NCBI GenBank assembly: GCA_020630805.1 | Contig: JAHDIM010000002.1 | Location: forward strand, 641-64,640 | Length of the DNA: 64,000 nucleotides | Reading direction: 5' to 3' | Source of the DNA: Anaerolineales bacterium | GTDB taxonomy: Bacteria; Chloroflexota; Anaerolineae; Anaerolineales; UBA6668 | In this document: positions 18,001-25,518 of the stretch, piece after piece | Layout: every line of letters starts with the position of its first letter | Position numbering within the stretch: position 1 is the stretch's first letter | Notes under the pieces: model-generated | Told to the model about the DNA's origin: nothing | The model's database searches: none | Seen by the model: only the letters and a program-made list of their open reading frames with translations | Translations under genes and position numbers: made by a program

Positions 18001-19701
18001 TTACCAAAGATCGTCAATCGCAGATTTTGTTTTTTCTGCGACTTCTTCTTCATCTAAAAATCCAACAGCTTTATAGAGATTTTCGTCATAATCACGCGTG
18101 CGGATGACAACTGGCATTGGCACTGCATGTCCCAAGATGAGGGCCTGTTGCTGCGTGTCTAAGCGTGCCAGAACTTCCCGCAACGCGCTTGCGCCGCTAA
18201 CGCCTGAAAAGACGGCCCGAATGTCCGCTTCATTGTCTAGCAAGGCGGTTACGCGCGTGCCAATTTGGCTCATGACTTCGTCATCAATTCCGCTAGGGCG
18301 TTGATCCACGACCAAGAGCGTGACGTTGTATTTACGCAACTCGCGTGCGATTGTGCCAAAAATAGTATGCTTGGCAATTTCTGGGTCCAAGAATTTATGC
18401 GCTTCTTCAATGACAATCATCAATGGCTTAGGTTGAGCGTCTTTACTGCCAACGGCATCGTTTTTGGCTTGTACATAGCGCGCGTGGACGCGGCGCGTCA
18501 AATAATTTGCCACGAGCATGTAAGCAGGTAAATTGTCGCCATGCTTCCCAAATTCGAGCACAATACTCGTCCCGCGCTGTAACTTTTCAAAGATCTCGCC
18601 AACGACGTTATTGCTGGCCTGTGGCACGAGGAAATCCATGCGGCGGAACAGCTCAAACTTACGTTGAATAGCGCTCAATGTGCCTTTGACGAGCATACCT
18701 TCATCAATAATTTCATCGATTTCGGGGCTGCCATTTTCGTCTAGCAATTTTGCAACCCATTGTTTGCCCAACTTGCGATGCAAATAGTACAGTGCACCAG
18801 TTTGGACGTCGGACAGATTGAGCATGCTGCTAAGCATTTCAACATCTGCCGGCTCAATGTCGGAGTATTGAATTTGCAATTCCCCTGAGATGCGATTATT
18901 GCGCGCCAACGACGTTTTCTTATCCAGCGTATAGATATGTGGACGGTTGTTGCCAAGGATCTGAGTTAGCCCTTTCCAAGTCTTGCCACGTTCATTCGTA
19001 ATTTCCCAGCCATAGTCACTGTGCATGTCAAAGATCAGACAAGATGCTTTTTGCTTGGCAATGACTGCTGCTAGGAGCGTTCGCGTAATAAAAGATTTCC
19101 CGGTCCCTGACTTCCCAAATACCCCCGAAGACCGCTCAACAAAGCGATCTAGGTTCAAATTGACTTTGACTTCGTCCATATCTAACGGTGAGCCGATATA
19201 GAAATGATCGTCATCTTCTTCGCCAAAAACTTGATTGACATCATCTTCGGTCGCTTCAAATACAGGCGAAAAGTGGGCTGGAATTGTTTTGTTTGGTCGC
19301 GGCTCTTTGTCGTCCGGATCTAACACCAACATCGGCGAGATATTGGCGCGTCCATACGCCATCGTCGCCCGATAGATGTCAGACAAAAATGGGCTTGAGA
19401 CAGGTGGAGGCGTCTGTTCAATTGCGGGATTGGTGTTATCCAGAATGATGTCCGTCACAATTGAAAAGAACTTGCGCGCAGTTAGGCCTTTGGCAACCAC
19501 ATAACGACCAACCGCCATATTTTCGATAGTCTTGCCTGCATCTAGTCCGCTGTCTAGTTTGACCGTCAGTCCTTTCGAAAGTGAACCGCCAACAACCACG
19601 CCAAGCCGCACGCGGGCTGCGTCTTCTTCTGCTTCAATGTCTAAGCCAATTGGGTTGTTGTCTTCATCCCGTGGCAGAAAGTCGTCTAGTTCATCACTCA
19701 T
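18001..19701 (-). CDS. herA: HerA-family (FtsK/HerA superfamily) hexameric ATPase/translocase
   Basis: 566 aa. The N-terminal segment looks like a HAS barrel (RLGVVVGGSLSKGLTVKLD...VGRYVVAKG). Walker A is GVFGKSGTGKSF and Walker B is LMIVIEEAHKFL. The HerA-typical VVDQRPSGIDDEVMSQIGTRV is present. The ATGA overlap couples it to the upstream ORF. Confidence 0.85.
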   Translation of the reverse strand: MSDELDDFLPRDEDNNPIGLDIEAEEDAARVRLGVVVGGSLSKGLTVKLDSGLDAGKTIENMAVGRYVVAKGLTARKFFSIVTDIILDNTNPAIEQTPPPVSSPFLSDIYRATMAYGRANISPMLVLDPDDKEPRPNKTIPAHFSPVFEATEDDVNQVFGEEDDDHFYIGSPLDMDEVKVNLNLDRFVERSSGVFGKSGTGKSFITRTLLAAVIAKQKASCLIFDMHSDYGWEITNERGKTWKGLTQILGNNRPHIYTLDKKTSLARNNRISGELQIQYSDIEPADVEMLSSMLNLSDVQTGALYYLHRKLGKQWVAKLLDENGSPEIDEIIDEGMLVKGTLSAIQRKFELFRRMDFLVPQASNNVVGEIFEKLQRGTSIVLEFGKHGDNLPAYMLVANYLTRRVHARYVQAKNDAVGSKDAQPKPLMIVIEEAHKFLDPEIAKHTIFGTIARELRKYNVTLLVVDQRPSGIDDEVMSQIGTRVTALLDNEADIRAVFSGVSGASALREVLARLDTQQQALILGHAVPMPVVIRTRDYDENLYKAVGFLDEEEVAEKTKSAIDDLW

Positions 19702-20288
19702 AGCAAGGCCTCCAAGCGGCGCAGAATGGTGTCAAGGCGTTGGAAGTCATTTCCAATGAGTTGCGCTAAGTATTGTCCTGCAAAGCGCAAATATTGCGCC
19801 GGATTTGGATGCGTCGCTGCTGCCTGCTCTAATACGCGTACCAAGAGTTCATCAACCGGAGTGTCGCTGGCTTGCATAATCAAGCGCAGAAAATTGAAAT
19901 CATCGGTGAGCGCTGCGATTTCGGTGTTTTCACAGAGACGAATGGTGTCTAGCGTCAACGGCGGTTGAGGCGGTAACCCAGAACGCACAGATGTGCCTTG
20001 CATGTAACCAAGAGTCAAAACGCTTACCTCAATAGGCATTTGGCGCTGGCGCTGATCCAGAATGATTTCTGGCGGTGTTTCTGGCGTTGCCACAATTTGG
20101 CGCACCAATTCATCCTCTTCTAGGACAATGTCATAGATTGTGCCAATGGCTTGCGCCGTTCCGTTTTGGATTGGGACTTTCACAAATGCGCCAAAGTGTG
20201 GCATTTCTGGTTTGGGAATTGCGCAGCCAAAACTGAACCCACGGATGGAGCTTTGCAGCAACTGCCCAATTTGAATAGCAGTGGTCAT
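19698..20288 (-). CDS. Uncharacterised 196-aa protein encoded between nurA and herA
   Basis: A clean ORF with a 2-nt gap after the nurA stop and a 4-nt overlap with the herA start. Its N-terminal ~60 aa (IGQLLQSSIRGFSFGCAIP...FGAFVKVPIQNGTAQAIGTIYDIVLEED) follow a small beta-barrel pattern like the HerA HAS barrel. The C-terminal half looks helical. Confidence 0.7.
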   Translation of the reverse strand: MTTAIQIGQLLQSSIRGFSFGCAIPKPEMPHFGAFVKVPIQNGTAQAIGTIYDIVLEEDELVRQIVATPETPPEIILDQRQRQMPIEVSVLTLGYMQGTSVRSGLPPQPPLTLDTIRLCENTEIAALTDDFNFLRLIMQASDTPVDELLVRVLEQAAATHPNPAQYLRFAGQYLAQLIGNDFQRLDTILRRLEALL

Positions 20289-20290
20289 AA

Positions 20291-21523
20291 TTAGCGACGT
20301 TTCCCTTTTCGTTGATAGCGTCGAGCTTTGCCTTTCATAGCAAGTTTTGCCGATTTATTTGGCACAATATTGTGTTTCAGTAATTCACGGGTGAGCATGT
20401 TTTCAACCACTTGACGGTCTTGGGATTGAATAACAGCCTCTCCGTCCGCACGGGCTAGCGCATATGGGTAGTGAGATCCAGCTGTATATTGCGATTGATG
20501 GACTAAGGCAGCATGGAGGGAATTGATCAATTCTGAATTGTTGGCAACCCATTCTGGAACCTCAACGCGTACAACGACTGGTGAGTCGGTCATACTGACG
20601 TTCAGGTAAAAAATGTGAACGCTGTGCGTTGTATTTGGATGGTCTGGTGCGCGGCGTTGCTGATAGGGAATATTCCAGCCGGAAATCGTTTCAAATAGTG
20701 CTGAACGCTCTCCAGGGCCTAAATGTTTTTGGAACATGGCGCGGTCTGACAAGCCGCCAAAGACAGGTGTATTGTCTTCAAGTACGGCGTCAATTTCATC
20801 TAGTTCAAAGCTAGCGAGCCACAGCAAGTTGAGCACGCTGCTGCCTCCAGGCTGGTCCACATAGCCAGCTAAGGCACAATGACACGCCGCTAAGCGATCA
20901 ATGGCTTTGAGATGCCGATTATAGAGATGGTCTGTCTCCCGCTTTGAAATGCCTTCACCCTGTGTCCGCAGCGCAATTGGACCATCAATTAGACTGATGA
21001 CAGCTGTGTCCTGACTCGACTCGACTTCTAACGAGAGTTCGGTCAGCCCTTCCATTTCTGCCACTGTCCGTCGTAGATTGACAAGCGGAACAGTAATCAT
21101 GCGTCCATCAACAATCACATCGCTTTCCTCAGCCCCTAACACAGTGGTTTTGACAACGGAGGGTGCTTGTCCTGAGCCAATTTGAATGATGAACGCCCCA
21201 ATGTTGATGAGGTAATACTGGAGCGCAGAGTGCTTGTCAGGATAGATCTGCGAGCCATCCACCGCGATGACTGTGGCGTTGGGTGATGGGGCGCTGGGCA
21301 GTGGAAATGTCGCCGCAATAGGTTCGCGGGTGGGCTTAGCGCCAGTCCAAGTCTTAGACGCAGCAGCCTTTTCGACTTTTGCGTGCAGATCTTTGGTGTT
21401 ATCGACGACTTGAAGCTGCGCTAATGCAGCGGGAATCAACTTGCCTTGACTGTTAATGCGACCCGCAATTGCTGCGCCCGCATCTTGAATTTGTAAGGTC
21501 AAGTCTTGAATATTTATACTCAT
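20291..21523 (-). CDS. nurA: NurA-domain nuclease
   Basis: 410 aa. It has NurA-type acidic motifs VIAVDGSQIYPD and ISLIDGPIAL and a basic C-terminal tail KGKARRYQRKGKRR. It is the first gene of the three-gene cassette. A TATAAT (21549-21544, minus strand) sits 20 nt upstream of the ATG. Confidence 0.8.
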   Translation of the reverse strand: MSINIQDLTLQIQDAGAAIAGRINSQGKLIPAALAQLQVVDNTKDLHAKVEKAAASKTWTGAKPTREPIAATFPLPSAPSPNATVIAVDGSQIYPDKHSALQYYLINIGAFIIQIGSGQAPSVVKTTVLGAEESDVIVDGRMITVPLVNLRRTVAEMEGLTELSLEVESSQDTAVISLIDGPIALRTQGEGISKRETDHLYNRHLKAIDRLAACHCALAGYVDQPGGSSVLNLLWLASFELDEIDAVLEDNTPVFGGLSDRAMFQKHLGPGERSALFETISGWNIPYQQRRAPDHPNTTHSVHIFYLNVSMTDSPVVVRVEVPEWVANNSELINSLHAALVHQSQYTAGSHYPYALARADGEAVIQSQDRQVVENMLTRELLKHNIVPNKSAKLAMKGKARRYQRKGKRR

Positions 21524-21628
21524 GTCTCAGAACGTGTGTTCTTATTATACGAGATACTAAGTAATTCAGATAGGGAGTACCTCTATTTGCAAGACAAGTT
21601 ATGCCACTGCAAGTCACGAGTTGCGCTT

Positions 21629-21646
21629 TTATAACGGACTTATAAC
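21629..21646 (+). promoter_or_regulatory. Direct-repeat box 1: TTATAAC-ggac-TTATAAC
   Basis: A 7-nt direct repeat in 11-bp register. The extended 24-nt context TTTTATAAC-NN-ACTTATAACACCT is identical, apart from the NN, to box 2. It lies 106 nt upstream of the nurA ATG on the other strand. Confidence 0.45.
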
Positions 21647-21654
21647 ACCTCGTG

Positions 21655-21886
21655 TAATATTTTTCGTTATACTTTCGCGGCATCATCAATGTTGTAGTGG
21701 GTCGAGGCGCAACTGCGGGTTTACCGAGAGAGGCGTTGACGCTGAGATGGGCAACGGGACAGTTTTCAATAGCGGTAACTTAGAAATGTTCCACAGTGAA
21801 AAGTTACTGGGCAGTGGACTATGATGTACTGAGGTCTTCTGACCCCGGAAAGGCGCGTTTCGACTGAAGCGGGCCTTTTGCTTTTT
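21655..21886 (+). ncRNA. Candidate ~230-nt terminated transcript (unit A of a duplicated structured-RNA-like module)
   Basis: It starts near TAATAT (21655-21660). It contains a hairpin followed by CCGAGAGAGG (21724-21733) and the conserved segment TTTTCAATAGCG...TGGGCAGTGGA (21763-21818) with stem GTAACTT/AAGTTAC. It ends in a hairpin plus T-run. The overlapping ORFs (21621-21824 plus strand, 21686-21907 minus strand) are antisense to each other and have no recognisable motifs. Confidence 0.35.
21849..21886 (+). terminator. Intrinsic terminator closing unit A
   Basis: AAAGGC-g-CGTTTC-gact-GAAGCG-g-GCCTTT forms 12 bp with one G/G mismatch and is followed by TGCTTTTT. Confidence 0.6.
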
Positions 21887-21916
21887 AACAGCCTCGGACC
21901 ACTTCACACAAACGTT

Positions 21917-21934
21917 TTATAACAAACTTATAAC
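21917..21934 (+). promoter_or_regulatory. Direct-repeat box 2: TTATAAC-aaac-TTATAAC
   Basis: Same box as 21629-21646. A TATAAT lies at 21957-21962, 18 nt after the extended box. Confidence 0.45.
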
Positions 21935-21962
21935 ACCTTTGCTAAAGTTCTGTCCTTATAAT

Positions 21963-22426
21963 GACCTGCGACACAAACTGGAGTAGCTTACGCAACGTTA
22001 AAGGTTTAGATGCGGCAATCTCAATTGCCGAGAGAGGGTCTAAGTCAAGTCATCGCTAATGACAATTTGGCCTGCGTAAATACTTCTGCTTTTTCGATCT
22101 GCAAAATGCTTGTAACGTCAAGCGAAATAGCATGCACATGGCGTTTGTTGACAGTGTGACGTGACGTAGAGAGGCGTCTGGTTCTCAATTGTCTGCGAAT
22201 GGTCAATAGTTGATTGCTGATGTTGCTGAATATGTTCAGCAGAGAGAGACATTAGCAAGGTTACTCATTTTCAATAGCGATAGCCTAGACAACGCTCTGA
22301 ACAGAGAGGTTATTGGGCAGTGGATGAGTAAAGCGATCTAACTGTATGTTATGTCAATGGCGTGACACGTATTTGTAGGCGAATTGCTTGAGTATTCAAC
22401 CCTGTTACGAGAATGCGAAGGTAGTT
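21963..22426 (+). other. Long structured 5-prime leader candidate (unit B) of the LysM-FAS1 gene
   Basis: It contains the hairpin CGGCAAT/ATTGCCG followed by AGAGAGG (22013-22037), and hairpin+AGAGAG(G) units ending near 22174, 22248 and 22309. The conserved segment at 22268-22324 has stem ATAGCCT/AGGTTAT. It runs into the GAAGG RBS at 22417-22421. Confidence 0.35.
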
Positions 22427-23734
22427 ATGAGATTGCTTACTAAAATGAAGCGACAGATAAGTGTGCTCTTGGTAGTACTAGTAGCAATGTTTGCTACACC
22501 GGTGTTAGCAGCCCCGGTGGAGCAAAGTGCGCAGAACGGAACAACTGAATATGAAGTGCAACCGGGTGACAATTTATCACACCTCGGACGCCGGTTTGGG
22601 ATGCACCCAAGTGTCATTATTGGCGCGAACCCGCAACTCATCTTTCGTCCTAATGTGCTAATTCCCGGCGAAACGTTGATTATTCCGGGCGTTCACTATG
22701 CAGGCGGCGATTCCATTGCGGACGTCATTGCAGGCGACTCGCGGTTGTCAACGTTCCTTATTGCAGCCCGCACAGCGGAATTGCTAGATGATTTAGATTA
22801 TGTCGGACGATACTCCGTATTTGTCCCAACGAATGCAGCATTCCAACAATTGTCATCAAGTGCACGTGGTGATTTGTTGAATGATCTTGCGTTTATGAAC
22901 ACTATGGTTCAACACCATATTGTGCCGGAACGGTATGACATGGCAGCGTTGAGCTCCGTAAGCGCAATTCCAACTTATGGCGGTGGTAGCCTCATTGTGA
23001 ACGTGGCCGGTCCAAACGGCACGGTCAATGGTGTGCCGATCAATGTGTTGGAAATGATTGAAACTGCAAATGGCGTTGTCTATGTTATCCCAGCAGTACT
23101 CCCTCTTCCAGACGGAGTTGAAGTTTCCACTAATGGAGCCACAATTGATTTTGCGTCAACGTTCGATGTAGATCGGGCGTCCGGTGCAGCTGAAGTGGTG
23201 ACCAGTGCCGTGGAAACTGAAAATGCTGTAGAAAATGAAGTGTTAGGAGTAGAGTTGCCAACGGCGCAGCCAACTCCGGCTAGTCAGTCTTCACAGTCCT
23301 TGACTGTGGTGACAGCCAGTTCTTCAGGTAGCAATATGTTAGTTGCACCCGGCTCAGTCGTTCTAAGCTGTGGCTCAATGTCAGTCTCTTTGGCGAATGT
23401 GCTTAGCACATTGTCAGGGCCAATGGCAGTGGAGTCAGTGCGTGTCGCGCACGTGCATTATCATCGTGGATATAGTAGTGGTAGCGCGGAGGCTTGTGTC
23501 ACCTTCCGAGCAGATATTGTTGGTGGAGAAGGCGCGCACAGCATCAAGGTCAATAACGTTCCGGTTGTTGCCCGCAATGCGCACATTGCGTCTCGCGCTG
23601 ACGGTGACCATGGCGAGATTGAATTTGACGTGTTAGCAGACTGCAATCAAGCGTACTCATTTGCTTTCACAGTTGAAAGTGGAGATGGACAACAAGCGAC
23701 ACACGTGTTCAATCACTTCATTCCTTGCCCGTAG
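22427..23734 (+). CDS. Secreted LysM + fasciclin (FAS1) domain protein with uncharacterised Cys-containing C-terminal domain
   Basis: The ATG at 22427 is preceded by GAAGG. Signal peptide: LLVVLVAMFATPVLAAP. LysM: YEVQPGDNLSHLGRRFG...GETLIIPG. FAS1: RYSVFVPTNAAFQQL...VQHHIVPERY...ANGVVYVI. The track start at 22388 is a TTG that adds 13 residues ahead of the signal peptide. Confidence 0.8.
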   Translation: MRLLTKMKRQISVLLVVLVAMFATPVLAAPVEQSAQNGTTEYEVQPGDNLSHLGRRFGMHPSVIIGANPQLIFRPNVLIPGETLIIPGVHYAGGDSIADVIAGDSRLSTFLIAARTAELLDDLDYVGRYSVFVPTNAAFQQLSSSARGDLLNDLAFMNTMVQHHIVPERYDMAALSSVSAIPTYGGGSLIVNVAGPNGTVNGVPINVLEMIETANGVVYVIPAVLPLPDGVEVSTNGATIDFASTFDVDRASGAAEVVTSAVETENAVENEVLGVELPTAQPTPASQSSQSLTVVTASSSGSNMLVAPGSVVLSCGSMSVSLANVLSTLSGPMAVESVRVAHVHYHRGYSSGSAEACVTFRADIVGGEGAHSIKVNNVPVVARNAHIASRADGDHGEIEFDVLADCNQAYSFAFTVESGDGQQATHVFNHFIPCP

Positions 23735-23776
23735 CACATAACGGTTTGGTTGATGTCGGTACAATTGAATAAACTG

Positions 23777-23806
23777 AAAAGAGCGCACCTTCTGGGTGCG
23801 CTTTTT
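23777..23806 (+). terminator. Intrinsic terminator of the LysM-FAS1 gene
   Basis: Stem AGCGCACC / GGTGCGCT, loop ttctg, then TTTTT. It lies inside the N-terminal extension of track ORF 23750, which argues for the later start of that gene. Confidence 0.7.
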
Positions 23807-23827
23807 GCTACGGAAGGAAATCAACAA

Positions 23828-24223
23828 ATGCGACCCTCATGTTTTGTTCAAGGCGTTACATTCATTTATGTGACAGACTTAGCCAAGTCTGCCAATTTTT
23901 ATCAGGAAATACTGGGGTTGGCGCTAGTGTTAGATCAGGGAACTTGCCGAATATTCCGCGTAGCAGGTGATAGCTATTTAGGTCTTTGTGAAACAAAAAA
24001 TGCCCTCGCAAACCGCGAAGGCATTATCTTGACCTTAGTTTCTGATGATGTCGATCATTGGGCTGACTATCTGATTAGTCAGAATGTTTTACTTGAGAAG
24101 CCTGCTCAGCAGAATTCTACGTACAACATCTATCATTGTTTTTTGCGCGACCCAGACGGCTATCTGATTGAAATCCAGAAATTTCTTGATCCCAATTGGC
24201 CGCAACCGCTTGCTGTTACTTGA
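23828..24223 (+). CDS. VOC / glyoxalase family protein
   Basis: The ATG at 23828 is preceded by GGAAGGA. The sequence reads GVTFIYVTDLAKSANFYQEILGL ... FLRDPDGYLIEIQ. Confidence 0.75.
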   Translation: MRPSCFVQGVTFIYVTDLAKSANFYQEILGLALVLDQGTCRIFRVAGDSYLGLCETKNALANREGIILTLVSDDVDHWADYLISQNVLLEKPAQQNSTYNIYHCFLRDPDGYLIEIQKFLDPNWPQPLAVT

Positions 24224-25148
24224 CGCTCCGTGACAATTCAAAGAGTTTGTCACAGTAGCCTTCAATCATTTCGCGGTGCGCGAGTGTTTCAAGCCATTCG
24301 GTTGGAATATCGCTTTCGCCATAATATGCTCCTGCAAGCTGGCCATAGACTGCACCGACCGTGTCAGCATCATTGCCTAAGTTGACCGCTTTCAGCATGC
24401 CGTCTTTGAAATTGTCTGTGGTGTTGAACGCCCACAAGACAGCGGTTAGCGTATCCACTACATAACCAGAGCTCTTAACCTCTGGTGGTTCCATCCCTTT
24501 ATAGCTGCCAGATGCAATTGCATCGACGTCAGGCATTAAGGGGTGTTGTTTCCAATATCCAGCCTTGGGGCAGTAGTGGTCACTTAGCAGTTTTTCTTTC
24601 TCGACTTCGTGGAATGCCCCAAAGAGTAGAGCGCCGAAGTAACGACAGGCATCTACAGATGCTGGGGCGGCATGCGTTGTGCGTGAACTGTTGCCGCATA
24701 GCACCAGCGCCTTGGCTGCATTGTTGACGAAATACATTGGCACTGGGCAAAGGCGCATTAAAGAGCCATTACCAGCGGTATTTGGATCAGTTGGGCCACA
24801 ATAAGGGGTATGCACTTCAAGAAACTTTTCCAGTGAAGACTTGGTGACTGTACCAATGTCAAACATTGCGCCGGTGCTGCTAAGGTGTCCGTCTTGATAC
24901 CAACGTACATAGCGATTGAGTTGATCTACAGCGTCAAACCGTTGTTTTTCAATCAAACTTTCAGCCATGCAAAGCGCCATGGACGTGTCGTCTGTCCAGT
25001 AGCCGGCTTCAAGACCAAAAGGTCCACCACCGCGCATTCCAGTGACTGGTTCAAATGTGCCTGGTTCTTTGAATTCGATCGCCGCGCCCAATGCATCCCC
25101 GACTGCTAAGCCTAGCAGTGCGCCGCGAAATCTGTCATGCAATTCCAT
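24216..25148 (-). CDS. ADP-ribosylglycohydrolase family protein
   Basis: 310 aa. The N-terminal FRGALLGLAVGDALGAAIEF, then GYWTDDTSMAL, and the C-terminal GNDADTVGAVYGQLAGAYYG are the family hallmarks. Confidence 0.85.
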   Translation of the reverse strand: MELHDRFRGALLGLAVGDALGAAIEFKEPGTFEPVTGMRGGGPFGLEAGYWTDDTSMALCMAESLIEKQRFDAVDQLNRYVRWYQDGHLSSTGAMFDIGTVTKSSLEKFLEVHTPYCGPTDPNTAGNGSLMRLCPVPMYFVNNAAKALVLCGNSSRTTHAAPASVDACRYFGALLFGAFHEVEKEKLLSDHYCPKAGYWKQHPLMPDVDAIASGSYKGMEPPEVKSSGYVVDTLTAVLWAFNTTDNFKDGMLKAVNLGNDADTVGAVYGQLAGAYYGESDIPTEWLETLAHREMIEGYCDKLFELSRSVK

Positions 25149-25254
25149 TCTAGAGTAAGCCTCTGTACCTAAGTCTTTTGTATGTCAAACAATTTTGTAG
25201 TGGGACAACACTAACAACACGCTATGAATAAGGCGCAAATTGTTTATACGTCAT

Positions 25255-25341
25255 GTAGAAACCAAAAAATAGTCCGCACTAAATTTAGTGGAAACGTTGG
25301 TTTCTACTGAATGTTTCGCAGGCAAACATTTCATTTATTTT
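25255..25341 (+). other. Nested hairpin followed by a terminator-like hairpin in the ARH/rph divergent gap
   Basis: GTAGAAACCAA (25255-25265) pairs with TTGGTTTCTAC (25297-25307), enclosing the palindrome CACTAAATTTAGTG (25277-25290). Next comes TGAATGTTT-cgcaggc-AAACATTTCA (25308-25333), followed by TTTATTTTT. Confidence 0.35.
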
Positions 25342-25518
25342 TAGTCTTGTTGCGAAACACGTAGGTTAGTGCGTAAAAGCGGGGAGTAACAAATAGTAAT
25401 CAAACAACGCTTTCTTAAAACCCATAATAAGATAGCACAGATGTCGTCTGAATGCTATTTGAAAATTAAAACAATTCGTGTGCAGTAAAATAACCACATT
25501 TTAGGAGTTCAGTTATTT

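Noticed and set aside
21724-21760. Possible TPP or glycine riboswitch, because of CTGAGA and ACCGAGAGAGG strings
   Set aside because: The rest of the TPP core (ACCTGATCTGGATAATGCCAGCG-like) and of the glycine core (GGAGAG...CACCGAAGGGGCAA-like) is absent.
21621-21907. ORFs 21621-21824 (plus strand, 67 aa) and 21686-21907 (minus strand, 73 aa)
   Set aside because: They are antisense to each other and start with TTG and GTG without an RBS. They span the hairpins and terminator of the RNA-like unit A. I treat the region as non-coding, but a tiny peptide (MGNGTVFNSGNLEMFHSEKLLGSGL, from the ATG at 21747) cannot be excluded.
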